Notes: generated by a model from the sequence alone, not told the origin. A DNA stretch of 64,000 bases from an uncultured Bacilli bacterium (GCA_934133195.1 CAKPAZ010000005.1:537-64536), one strand, 5' to 3'. Shown: positions 47,754-57,670, counted from the stretch's first letter. Numbers and translations are program-made.

Positions 47754-50700
47754 ATGAATTTTTTGAAAAAAATAATTAACAAACCAATAACTATATGTAT
47801 GATTATATTAGTATTAGTGTGTGTTGGTATATTCTCAGTAAGAAGTATGCCAGTTACTCTTTTACCAGATTTAAACATCCCGATATTAGGTGTAACAGTT
47901 GTATACCCTGGGGCTTCCGCGACCACAGTTGAAAATGATGTAACAACAAAATTGGAAACTTCACTTTCTAGTATATCAAAAGTAACAGAGGTCAAAAGTT
48001 ATTCATTAGAGAATGCCTCATTCATTGTTCTAAGTTTTGAATATGAAACTTCACTAAAAGAAAAAGAACAAGAAATAAAAGAAAAAATTGCGGCTGCCAG
48101 CCTACCTTCAAGCTGCTATGAACCAGAAATAGTTAGTGTTGATTTTAATTCATCGGCACTTGCGACTATAGCTTTAACATGCGATAGTGATGATATTAAT
48201 GAATTAAAAAACATCAGCAACACTTTATCAAATAAATTTAGTTTAATAGAAGGTGTGGGAAATGTTCAAATCAAAGGCCTACCTACAGAAAAAGTTTCTG
48301 TAAAACCAATCCTTGGGTTAGAAAGTACAACCCTTTTAATTGTTGAGGCTTTATCCAAATCGTCTTTAGATATACCGCTTGGTATAATTAAAACAAGTGA
48401 TGGAAAAATATCTGTTAGAAATAATTCAGAAGCTAAAGAACTAATTGACCTTGCGAATACATCAGTATCAATTCCACTAAAAAAAGATACTTGGCAAATG
48501 CTTGAAAATATCAATCAAAAAATAGAAATAATTAAAAGAAGTTATGGTGAACTATTAAATACTATTGAAAAAACAAAATTAGAAGATTTACTTCAGACAT
48601 TTAATAAAAAATCAAAAGAAGAATTAGATCAAACTATAACCAAGATAATTGAGTACAAAGATAAAATTGATAGTATTTCAGATGCTGATTATAATCCAGA
48701 TGAAATTCTAAAAAAATATAGCTTAGTATTTTTAGCTTATGGTATTAAACTAGATAAAAGTTATATTGACTTTTTTAGAAACATTGATAAGAATGAATTA
48801 ATTACTTTACTTGATGAATTAAAGAAAATTAAAGATACTAATTTAACAATATCCTTAAATCTTATTAATTTTATTTCAACTATTGACTTTACAAAAATAA
48901 CTTATGATAATAGCAATACTGGTTATTATATTACTTCATTTTGCAATGTAACAAAGATAAATGAAGATGAAGTAGAAATTACTCCTAATTTAACGACCAT
49001 TGATATCGAACAAACCAATGAAAGTTATTCATATTATAATGATCACCTTGCGGTAATCTTAGAAGTATATGGAAAGTCAGGAAGCAATACATCACAAATT
49101 GTTAAAAATGTAAAATCTATCATAAGTGAAAATGGTCAAAAAGATATAAATATTACGCTCTTAGATGACCAAGCTGAATTTATTGATGATTCAATTTCAA
49201 ATGTTCTTTCATCAATTTTAATAGGTGGAGTTCTTGCTATCTTAGTAATTTTCTTCTTCCTAAGAAAGGTTCGTTCTTCACTTGTCATCGCAATAACCAT
49301 GCCTTTAAGTGTTCTTACTGCCTTGATTGTTCTTTATTTAAAAGGTATAACGCTTAACATGGTATCTTTAGGTGGCCTTGCAGTTGGTATTGGAATGTTA
49401 GTTGATAATAGTATTGTTGTAATTGAAGCAATTACTAAACGTCGTGAAAATGATCATATGGATGTTGCATCAGCTGCATTACATGGTACAATGGATGTTG
49501 CAGGTTCACTTTTTGCTTCAACTTTAACGACAGTTTGTGTTTTTATACCAATAATGTTTACAAAAGGTTTAACAAAAGAAATTTTTACCGATTTATCATG
49601 GGCTGTAATTTTATCATTAACTTTCTCTTTATTAGTCGCAATCTTAGTTATTCCGTCACTTTATGCTTTACTTTGTAGAAGTAAGAAAGAAGAAGAAATT
49701 AAACCTGATAAGTTTACAACTAAGCTAGAAGGAAAATATCAAAAGATATTAGAAAAAGCTTTAACTAAAAAAACAATAATAGTTATATCAATGGTGGTAG
49801 TATTTATCGCATCAATTGGCCTTGTATTAACAAGAGGAATTGAATTTTTACCACCAAGTGATAAAGGTTTAATTGAAGTAACTTTAAATTATGATAGTCA
49901 AATAGATATTGAAGAAGCTAACAAACAAACACTTAAAGCTACAAACTTGATAAAAGAAAATGTAGATGATATTTCAAGTATTGCGGTATCTGTGGGAAAA
50001 CTTGGTTTAATTAAAATGTCAAATGGAGCTTCAATTAGAATTCAACTAAATGATAAACGCAAAAAAACAAGCGAGGTTGCAGAAGACATCCGTAAACTAC
50101 TAAATGAAACTTCAAATTATGATGTTTCCGTAAAAGAAGTTGATGGAATCGTTGCTTCAATCACAAGTGGATTTAATGATTTAACAATCAATGTTACGGG
50201 TAGTAATGAAGAAACTTTAAAACAAATAGCATCCGAACTTGAAAACGAATTATTAAAACAAAAAGGTATAACCGGAGTTAAAAATAATTTAACAACTTTA
50301 CAAAAAGAATACAAAATAAAAGTAGATAAAACAAAATGCTTAGAATATGGTATAGATTATCAAAATCTAATCATGATGCTTCGTGTTGGGCTTGCGGGAT
50401 ATGAAACAGGTACAATTGAAGATAACTCTGAAGAAGTTAAAATTCAAGTTGTATTTAATAATCAAGCAATCACTTCATATGATGATCTTGCAACATTTGT
50501 TGTAGGTTTCAAAGGTACTAATACAATTAAACTTGTTGATGTCGCAAGCATTACCGAAACTGAAGAAAAGGTTCTTATCTTAAAAGATGATGGTAAACTT
50601 TCCCTTCAACTAAGTATTTCAACTTATGGAATTGACACTGGCACAGCTAGTCGTGAAATAAAGAAAGTAACAAACCAAGTTTTGTCAAATTATCCAGATG

Positions 50701-51248
50701 TAGTAGTAAAAGAAAGTGGAGTACAAGCCTACCTAAATGATGCTTTTAAAGGCTTAGCTGTTGCGTTAGTTATATCAATTTTCTTGCTTTACGCAGTTAT
50801 GGCTTGTCAATTTGAGTCACTTTCTAAACCGCTTATCATCATGGCTTCAATTCCATTAACATTTACAGGAGCTTTCCTCGCCCTTACGATTACAAATGTA
50901 ACATTAAATATTGTTTCATTTATTGGTATTATTATGCTGATGGGGGTTATCGTAAATAATGCAATTATTATGTTAGATGAAATTAAGAGATTAAAAGATG
51001 AAGTTGGTTTAAGTCATTATGATGCGGTAGTAAAAGGATGCACAAATCGTTTACGTCCAATCTTGATGACAACATTAACAACAGTTCTAGCGTTAATTCC
51101 TCTTTCATTAGGTCTTGGTAGAGGCGGAGAGTTAATGCAACCAATGGGAATTGTTGTTATGGGTGGTTTATTAATAGGTACAATTGTAACATTAATATTA
51201 ATACCATCAATATATTGTGGGGTTAAAAAAATAAAGAAGGAACAATAA
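47754..51248 (+). CDS. RND-superfamily efflux transporter permease (AcrB/SwrC-like)
   Basis: 1164 aa. N-terminus KPITICMIILVLV...LPDLNIPILGVTVVYPGASATTVENDVT, 12-TM architecture, and typical TM4/TM10 regions. Confidence 0.88.
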   Translation: MNFLKKIINKPITICMIILVLVCVGIFSVRSMPVTLLPDLNIPILGVTVVYPGASATTVENDVTTKLETSLSSISKVTEVKSYSLENASFIVLSFEYETSLKEKEQEIKEKIAAASLPSSCYEPEIVSVDFNSSALATIALTCDSDDINELKNISNTLSNKFSLIEGVGNVQIKGLPTEKVSVKPILGLESTTLLIVEALSKSSLDIPLGIIKTSDGKISVRNNSEAKELIDLANTSVSIPLKKDTWQMLENINQKIEIIKRSYGELLNTIEKTKLEDLLQTFNKKSKEELDQTITKIIEYKDKIDSISDADYNPDEILKKYSLVFLAYGIKLDKSYIDFFRNIDKNELITLLDELKKIKDTNLTISLNLINFISTIDFTKITYDNSNTGYYITSFCNVTKINEDEVEITPNLTTIDIEQTNESYSYYNDHLAVILEVYGKSGSNTSQIVKNVKSIISENGQKDINITLLDDQAEFIDDSISNVLSSILIGGVLAILVIFFFLRKVRSSLVIAITMPLSVLTALIVLYLKGITLNMVSLGGLAVGIGMLVDNSIVVIEAITKRRENDHMDVASAALHGTMDVAGSLFASTLTTVCVFIPIMFTKGLTKEIFTDLSWAVILSLTFSLLVAILVIPSLYALLCRSKKEEEIKPDKFTTKLEGKYQKILEKALTKKTIIVISMVVVFIASIGLVLTRGIEFLPPSDKGLIEVTLNYDSQIDIEEANKQTLKATNLIKENVDDISSIAVSVGKLGLIKMSNGASIRIQLNDKRKKTSEVAEDIRKLLNETSNYDVSVKEVDGIVASITSGFNDLTINVTGSNEETLKQIASELENELLKQKGITGVKNNLTTLQKEYKIKVDKTKCLEYGIDYQNLIMMLRVGLAGYETGTIEDNSEEVKIQVVFNNQAITSYDDLATFVVGFKGTNTIKLVDVASITETEEKVLILKDDGKLSLQLSISTYGIDTGTASREIKKVTNQVLSNYPDVVVKESGVQAYLNDAFKGLAVALVISIFLLYAVMACQFESLSKPLIIMASIPLTFTGAFLALTITNVTLNIVSFIGIIMLMGVIVNNAIIMLDEIKRLKDEVGLSHYDAVVKGCTNRLRPILMTTLTTVLALIPLSLGLGRGGELMQPMGIVVMGGLLIGTIVTLILIPSIYCGVKKIKKEQ

Positions 51249-51284
51249 TTTATAATCAAAAGGGGATTATAAAGGAGAAATAAT

Positions 51285-52562
51285 ATGAAACAAAGATCGA
51301 TCACAACAGATCTACAACATTTAAAAATTAAAAGTCCAAACTTTATATATAATGCTTTAGGAACAGTTTGGAAAATCCTCTTTAAAAAGAAATATAATAT
51401 ACATGTAGAAGATAAAGTAAATTTAAAGAAAATTAAAGGACCATATATATTAATTAGTAATCATGCTTCAAGACTTGATTATATGTATATTGGTCTTCCA
51501 CTACTACCATCTAGATTAAACTTCGTGGCAGGATATAATGAATTTTTTAGATCACATCTCCAAGGTGTCTTTAAAATTCTTCAAGTAATACCTAAAAAGA
51601 ACTTTACATCAGATGTTAATACAATTAAACAAATTTCAAGAGTATTAAAAAATAATGGAAAAGTAATGATATTTCCTGAAGGAATGAGTTCAATTTCAGG
51701 TGCAAACCAACCTATAGTTGTTGGTACTGGTAAGTTTATTAAGCATTTTAAAGTCCCTGTTTATTATGCGGTAATCAAAGGTGGTTACCTAACAAGTCCT
51801 AAATATAATTTAGATGAAAGACCAGGAAGAGTAGATGTTACCTTTGATTCACTATTTACAGTAGATGATATCCAAAAATTATCAGCTGAAGAAATTGAAG
51901 ATCGCATTAATGAAGCTATCTATCATGATGATTATGAATGGAATAAAATAAATCAATATAGTTATAAAGTAAATGAAAACTTCTTAAAAGACATTGGAGA
52001 TTTATTATTTATATGTCCAAAATGTAAAAGTGAATTTACAATAACAAGTACTAACAATACAATAAAATGTTCACATTGTGGAAATGAAATTGATGTTGAT
52101 GATAAATATAGATTACTTCCTCATAATGAAACAAGTGTAGTACCAGCAACTCAAACTGAATGGTTCAATATGCAAAGGGAAATAATCAAAAAGCAAATAT
52201 TGGATGAAAACTATAAACTTGAAGAAGTAGTTGAATTAGGAATGCTAGATGATGAAAAATATTTAAAGAATCAAGCAACATCAAACATTGTTGGAGTAGG
52301 ACTACTTACCTTTGATCATACTGGTTTAACATATAATGGAATTAAAGATAATAAACCATTTAGTTTTCACATTAATACAAGTGAATTACCAACATTTGGA
52401 ATGTGTACAGATTTATCACGTTTCTATACTTTCTATCAAGGAACCTTCTATGAGTTTTATCCAAAAACAAGATGTGTAGAAAAATGGTTCTTGGTTGCTG
52501 AAGAAATGCATCGTCTTAATGGCGGTAAATGGCAAGATTTTAAATTTACAAAAAAGGAATAA
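51285..52562 (+). CDS. LPLAT-family acyltransferase fused to a zinc-ribbon-containing C-terminal domain
   Basis: NHASRLD (HX4D) and FPEGMSS motifs. CPKC-x14-CSHC lies at residues 244-265. 425 aa. Confidence 0.7.
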   Translation: MKQRSITTDLQHLKIKSPNFIYNALGTVWKILFKKKYNIHVEDKVNLKKIKGPYILISNHASRLDYMYIGLPLLPSRLNFVAGYNEFFRSHLQGVFKILQVIPKKNFTSDVNTIKQISRVLKNNGKVMIFPEGMSSISGANQPIVVGTGKFIKHFKVPVYYAVIKGGYLTSPKYNLDERPGRVDVTFDSLFTVDDIQKLSAEEIEDRINEAIYHDDYEWNKINQYSYKVNENFLKDIGDLLFICPKCKSEFTITSTNNTIKCSHCGNEIDVDDKYRLLPHNETSVVPATQTEWFNMQREIIKKQILDENYKLEEVVELGMLDDEKYLKNQATSNIVGVGLLTFDHTGLTYNGIKDNKPFSFHINTSELPTFGMCTDLSRFYTFYQGTFYEFYPKTRCVEKWFLVAEEMHRLNGGKWQDFKFTKKE

Positions 52563-52589
52563 TTTTTGAATTATTCCTTTTTCTTTTTT
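52551..52589 (+). terminator. Strong rho-independent terminator
   Basis: AAAGGAATAATT / AATTATTCCTTT 12-bp stem, 4-nt loop, T-rich tail. It overlaps the stop codon. Confidence 0.85.
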
Positions 52590-52622
52590 AATTATTACGT
52601 ATTATTAGTTGAGGTGATAGAG

Positions 52623-53129
52623 ATGAAAAAAATGATTTTATGTCTAATAGGTTTAGTTGTCATTTTAACAGGTTGTTCTTCCAATAGTAAAGATATTATA
52701 ACTAATCCCATAGATAGTGAATTCTATGAAGATGTGGATATTGTAATTGATATTAAGGGAGCTATAATTTTTCCAGGAGTATATACGGTAAAGAAAAATT
52801 CTTTATTAAAAGATGTAATTACGGTTGCTGGTGGTTTTACAAGCAATGCTGATATAGAAAAAGTTAATTTGGTGAAAGAAGTAGAAGCTAATGAAATGAT
52901 TATCATTCCTTTTAAAGGTAGTTCATCCTCATCAAGTAATCTAATCAACATTAATACCGCAAGCCTTAAGGAGTTAACACAAATCCCTAAAATTGGTGAA
53001 ACCAAAGCTAAAGCTATAATAGAGTATCGTGTTAAAAATGGTCCATTTAATAAAATTAGTGACATTACGAAAGTATCAGGAATTAGTGAAACAATTTTTA
53101 ATCAAATTAAAACGCTCATTACGGTATAA
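52623..53129 (+). CDS. comEA: ComEA competence DNA receptor (lipoprotein; SLBB plus HhH)
   Basis: ATG at 52623 follows GAGGTGA. Lipobox LTGC. HhH tail INTASLKELTQIPKIGETKAKAIIEYRVKNGPF. Confidence 0.88.
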   Translation: MKKMILCLIGLVVILTGCSSNSKDIITNPIDSEFYEDVDIVIDIKGAIIFPGVYTVKKNSLLKDVITVAGGFTSNADIEKVNLVKEVEANEMIIIPFKGSSSSSSNLININTASLKELTQIPKIGETKAKAIIEYRVKNGPFNKISDITKVSGISETIFNQIKTLITV

Positions 53130-55290
53130 TGATACTATAAAAAAATGGGCAAAATATATATACATTGTTACTCTAAGCATAATTATATTTTTATGGCTTG
53201 TTTTTCATTTTAATATTATCTATTTGCTTATACTAATATTCTTTTTACTATTAGTATTCATAAACATGTCTTCTTTGTTAATTGTGATTTTTATCTTATA
53301 TGGGATCATTAGTTTAAATATTTTATTTAGAAAAATAAATTATAATAAAATTCCCTATGATAATGTAATTATTGAAGGGATTATAATAAATGTTAAAAAA
53401 ACAACTAAATCAAATCAAATAATAGTAAGCTCCCGAAATGTTAAATATCAGTATTATGATCCTAAAAATACATATCAAGTAGGTGACATCATTAGGATTG
53501 AAGGTGTTCTAATAAAAGAAAGTAAAAATCATGCTCCAATGTTATTTAATTATCAAGATTATCTAGAAAAAAACAATATAAGAGGAACAATAAAAATAGA
53601 AAAGACTTCATATCTAAAAAAAGGATTTGCATTATATTTAATCAATAGTACATTACAAAACTACTTTAATTCGCATTTTCCGCCCCAAACGGCGGGTTTT
53701 TTGGAAGCTTTATTAATAGGATATAAAAATAATCTGGGGGAAGAAAATCAAAAGAAAATACAAAACATAGGAATTAGTCATCTATTTGTAATATCAGGTC
53801 TTCATATGGGAGTATTAGCACTAATAATAAAGAAATTACTATTATTATTAAAAGTACCAGAAAAACATCACTTTAAGGTTATTACGCCATTTTTCATTAT
53901 CTACTACATTATTTCAGCTTTTTCTATTTCCATTTTAAGAGTACTCTTAATATATATATTCAATTACTTAAATAAAAAATATTTACAAATGTTTTCCACC
54001 TTTAATATTTATAATTTAGTAATACTTTTAATTCTTTTGATTAATCCCTATTATATTAGTTCATATGCTTTTGGCTTAACTTTTATTATTTCAACATCAT
54101 TGGTTTTAATTAATCCTTTATTAAAACATCAAGGAATTAAAGGCTTTTTCATCAATAATATGATAATAAGTTTAAATAGTTTAATTGTAACTTTACCTAT
54201 TGTCATTACTATAAATCCTCAAATTAACTTTTTATCAATAATATATAATTTATTTTACATTCCTTTTGTCAGTTATATATTACTTCCATTTAGTATTATT
54301 GTATGTTTTTTACCGTTTCTATCTACAGCTTATGCGTTTGTTATTAACATATTTATGTACCTAACAACTAAACTTTCAAACATTAGTTTTGGACGCATGA
54401 CCTTTAGTTCCGTATCCATAACTTTGCCAATTGTTTTTTACTTTTCATATATAATGTTCATTAAAGATAAACTTCAAAGGAAAAAACATTCTTTAAAATG
54501 GCTTGGTTTTATATTAGGAATTGTTTTAATTTGGAATAATACAATTATATTTAAGACAACAGATGAAGTAATCTTCTTAGATTTGCCGAAAGGAGAATCC
54601 ACGTTAATTAGTTCAAAACATAATAAGTGTAATATTTTGATTGATACAGGCGAAAATAGTGGAACTGATTTAGAAATTTACTTAAAGAAAAAAGGAATCA
54701 AACGAATTGATTATCTTTTCATAAGTCATGGTGATTCAGATCACAATGGGAAGTTAGAAATACTAATAAAAGAGTTTAAAATCAAAAATGTTGTGATAAC
54801 ACCTTATGATAAAGTCAGTATCAAAAAATGTCAAGATGCAGCGTATAAGGGTAATATTCACTATTTCAAAAGAGGAAGTACTTTTAAAAAAGATAATTTA
54901 AAAATAAAATGTTTGTACCCCGTAAAAGACACTGGAGATACAAACAATAATAGTATGGTATTAAAAATTGATTATTTTAATACAACTTTTTTATTCACAG
55001 GAGACATCGGTAAAAAGAGTGAAATGGAGTTATTGAAACTAGAAAAGAAATTAAGCATTGACTATTTAAAGGTTCCTCATCATGGTTCATTAACTTCAAG
55101 TTCTGCTTATTTACAAGAATTACTTGATTATAAATATGCCATCTGCATGAATGGGTACCAAAATACATTTGGTTTTCCCAATAGTATAATAAGAAAGTCA
55201 TATCAAGATAAAATCTTCTTAGTGACATCCGAAGAATCCAGTATTATCTTAAAGAGAAAACCATTAAAAAAAGAATTTGAAATTACATAG
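53029..55290 (+). CDS. comEC: ComEC/Rec2 DNA internalisation channel with a C-terminal MBL domain (start uncertain)
   Basis: Competence-domain motif GISHLFVISGLHMG and MBL motif ISHGDSDHNG. There is no ATG, GTG or TTG between the comEA stop and the first TM helix, so the coordinates follow the tracked ORF. Confidence 0.85.
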   Translation: MLKMVHLIKLVTLRKYQELVKQFLIKLKRSLRYNDTIKKWAKYIYIVTLSIIIFLWLVFHFNIIYLLILIFFLLLVFINMSSLLIVIFILYGIISLNILFRKINYNKIPYDNVIIEGIIINVKKTTKSNQIIVSSRNVKYQYYDPKNTYQVGDIIRIEGVLIKESKNHAPMLFNYQDYLEKNNIRGTIKIEKTSYLKKGFALYLINSTLQNYFNSHFPPQTAGFLEALLIGYKNNLGEENQKKIQNIGISHLFVISGLHMGVLALIIKKLLLLLKVPEKHHFKVITPFFIIYYIISAFSISILRVLLIYIFNYLNKKYLQMFSTFNIYNLVILLILLINPYYISSYAFGLTFIISTSLVLINPLLKHQGIKGFFINNMIISLNSLIVTLPIVITINPQINFLSIIYNLFYIPFVSYILLPFSIIVCFLPFLSTAYAFVINIFMYLTTKLSNISFGRMTFSSVSITLPIVFYFSYIMFIKDKLQRKKHSLKWLGFILGIVLIWNNTIIFKTTDEVIFLDLPKGESTLISSKHNKCNILIDTGENSGTDLEIYLKKKGIKRIDYLFISHGDSDHNGKLEILIKEFKIKNVVITPYDKVSIKKCQDAAYKGNIHYFKRGSTFKKDNLKIKCLYPVKDTGDTNNNSMVLKIDYFNTTFLFTGDIGKKSEMELLKLEKKLSIDYLKVPHHGSLTSSSAYLQELLDYKYAICMNGYQNTFGFPNSIIRKSYQDKIFLVTSEESSIILKRKPLKKEFEIT

Positions 55291-56038
55291 TAATTTTCTT
55301 AGTAACTTGAGATATAGTATTAATATTAATCACCATACTATTTTCATCAACCGAGGATGTAATAGTTGTATTACAACCAATTATACAATTTTTGTGGATA
55401 ATTGTATTACCACCTAAAATCGTAGCTCCACTATAAATGGTAACATTATCTAAAATCGTAGGATGTCGTTTAACTCCCTTTAATTTACTTGAATCTTTGA
55501 TTGATTTAGTACCTAAAGTAACGCCATGATATATTTTAACATTATTTCCAATAATAGTTGTTTCGCCAATAACAATGCCTGTACCATGGTCGATAAAGAA
55601 GTAATCTCCAATAATTGCTTTTGGATGAATATCAATACCCGTTTTTTCATGGGCATATTCAGTCATTAATCTTGGAATAAGTTTAATATTAAGATTAGAT
55701 AATGCATGAGCAATACGATAAACAAAGATTGTGAAAAAACCAGGATAGGTTAAAATTATTTCTGATAAAGAGGTTACAGCAGGATCATTTTTACAAAAAG
55801 CTTTTAAATCTTTTTTTAGTTGTTTTTTAATTATCGGAAGAGAAGAGATAAATTGTTTAATCTTCTCTTCCTTCTTTTTATCACTAATGTTATTTCTTAG
55901 AATTCTTTTAATACAATTTATTTTATCAGCGTAATATTTTTCTTTTTTCCCTTTAATCTTTTCAAAATACGATGGGAATAAAAGACATCTTGTATTAAAT
56001 AATAAGTGAATAATTTCTTGTTTATTGATAAACTTCAT
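55283..56038 (-). CDS. cysE: Serine O-acetyltransferase (long N-terminal form)
   Basis: Left-handed beta-helix hexapeptide repeats (GIDIHPKAIIGDYFFIDHGTGIVIGETTIIGNNVKIYHGVTLG). The start overlaps the cysK stop. Confidence 0.88.
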   Translation of the reverse strand: MKFINKQEIIHLLFNTRCLLFPSYFEKIKGKKEKYYADKINCIKRILRNNISDKKKEEKIKQFISSLPIIKKQLKKDLKAFCKNDPAVTSLSEIILTYPGFFTIFVYRIAHALSNLNIKLIPRLMTEYAHEKTGIDIHPKAIIGDYFFIDHGTGIVIGETTIIGNNVKIYHGVTLGTKSIKDSSKLKGVKRHPTILDNVTIYSGATILGGNTIIHKNCIIGCNTTITSSVDENSMVININTISQVTKKITM

Positions 56039-56922
56039 TATTCATCAAACCATTTAGATAAATATTTGATTCCATAATCAGGAGATATAAAAAGAATATT
56101 CTTATCAACAAGTTTTTTTTCTTCAATCAATTGTTTAACTCCTTGGAAAGCGGCACCAGTAGAAAAACCACAAAATAAGGCTTCTGATGTTAACAATTCT
56201 TCACAACCTTGTTTTGAAGATGCTCTTGAAATATTAAATATAGAATCAATTACTTTTAAGTTAAGAGTTGAAGGAATAAAACCTGGTCCGATTCCATCAA
56301 TTACGTTGTTTTCTTTTGGTAAAATACCAATAATTAAAGTCTCAGGACTATGTTCCTTAAAGTATTTACCAACTCCAGAAATGGTTCCACCTGTACCAAT
56401 TCCCATAACTATTCCATCAATATTATTTAGACTTTCAGATATTTCTTTTCCAGTTACTTCATAATGAGCAAGAGGATTGTTCATATTTTCAAATTGAGAA
56501 GGGATAAAGTAATTATCCATTGTACTAGTCATTTCTTTTAATTTTTCAAGACAACCTTTCATTCCATATTTTTTATCAGTTAAAATTACTGTAGCATGAT
56601 AAGCTTTAAGTAATAGTACTCGCTCATTACTTACATTATTTGGCATAATAATTATTAATGGTAAATTATAATATAAACATACTCCCGCAAGTCCAATCCC
56701 TGTGTTTCCGCTAGTGGCTTCAATAATTGTAGTACCTTGTTTAATTAAACCTTCATTAAAGGCTGTAGTAATTATTTTTTTAGCTATTCGATCTTTAATA
56801 CTTCCAAAAGGATTTACACCTTCTAATTTAACATATATATTATTATGATATTTTTCACTTAATTTTTTCAAATGAACAATTGGTGTTTCCCCAATTAAAT
56901 CTAAAATATTATTCTTTATCAT
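56038..56922 (-). CDS. cysK: Cysteine synthase A (O-acetylserine sulfhydrylase)
   Basis: 294 aa. PLP-lysine block NPFGSIKDR, plus SGNTG and GTGGT loops. Confidence 0.93.
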   Translation of the reverse strand: MIKNNILDLIGETPIVHLKKLSEKYHNNIYVKLEGVNPFGSIKDRIAKKIITTAFNEGLIKQGTTIIEATSGNTGIGLAGVCLYYNLPLIIIMPNNVSNERVLLLKAYHATVILTDKKYGMKGCLEKLKEMTSTMDNYFIPSQFENMNNPLAHYEVTGKEISESLNNIDGIVMGIGTGGTISGVGKYFKEHSPETLIIGILPKENNVIDGIGPGFIPSTLNLKVIDSIFNISRASSKQGCEELLTSEALFCGFSTGAAFQGVKQLIEEKKLVDKNILFISPDYGIKYLSKWFDE

Positions 56923-57010
56923 ATTTCCTCCTAAAACATCTTATCTTATTTATATGCTTTTAAAAGAAAAAGTGTTATAATATAAGTGACCAAAAAAGGA
57001 GGAAACCTAA

Positions 57011-57670
57011 ATGCAAACATATGAAGAAATAAAAAAGAACCCTAAAATACTTGCATATATTAATCAAGCTGATGCTTCCTTAAAAGCCCTAGGATATACT
57101 GAACACCACATAGCTCATGCTACACTTGTTGCGACAAGAGTTGAATATATTTTAAAAACTTTATGTTTTGATGAAAGAATGATTGAACTTGGAAAAATTG
57201 CGGGATTTTTACATGATATTGGAAATCTTGTAAATAGAGTTGATCACAGCCAAAGTGGAGCCATCTTAGCTTTTCGTATCTTAGATGAACTAGGATTTGA
57301 AGCTGATGATATTGCTTTAATTGTATCAGCGATAGGAAATCATGATGAAGGAACAGGCGTCCCTGTAAGTCCTTTAGCCGCAGCCTTGATTATTGCTGAC
57401 AAATCAGATGTTAGAAGATCAAGAGTTAGAAATAATGATACTACAACCTTTGATATTCATGATCGAGTTAATTATTCGGTTACAAAATCAGAATTAAAAA
57501 TTAATGAGGCTCATACTATTATAAAGCTTAAGTTATTTGTTGATACACATTATAGTTCAGTTATGGACTACTTTGAAATATTCATGAGCAGAATGATTCT
57601 TTGTCGTAAAGCCGCTCAAACTCTAAACCTTGAGTTTAAAATGATGTTTAATGAACAACAAATGATTTAA
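57011..57670 (+). CDS. HD-domain phosphohydrolase
   Basis: 219 aa. H...HD (FLHDIGN) ... NHDEG ... D metal-binding pattern. Confidence 0.7.
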   Translation: MQTYEEIKKNPKILAYINQADASLKALGYTEHHIAHATLVATRVEYILKTLCFDERMIELGKIAGFLHDIGNLVNRVDHSQSGAILAFRILDELGFEADDIALIVSAIGNHDEGTGVPVSPLAAALIIADKSDVRRSRVRNNDTTTFDIHDRVNYSVTKSELKINEAHTIIKLKLFVDTHYSSVMDYFEIFMSRMILCRKAAQTLNLEFKMMFNEQQMI

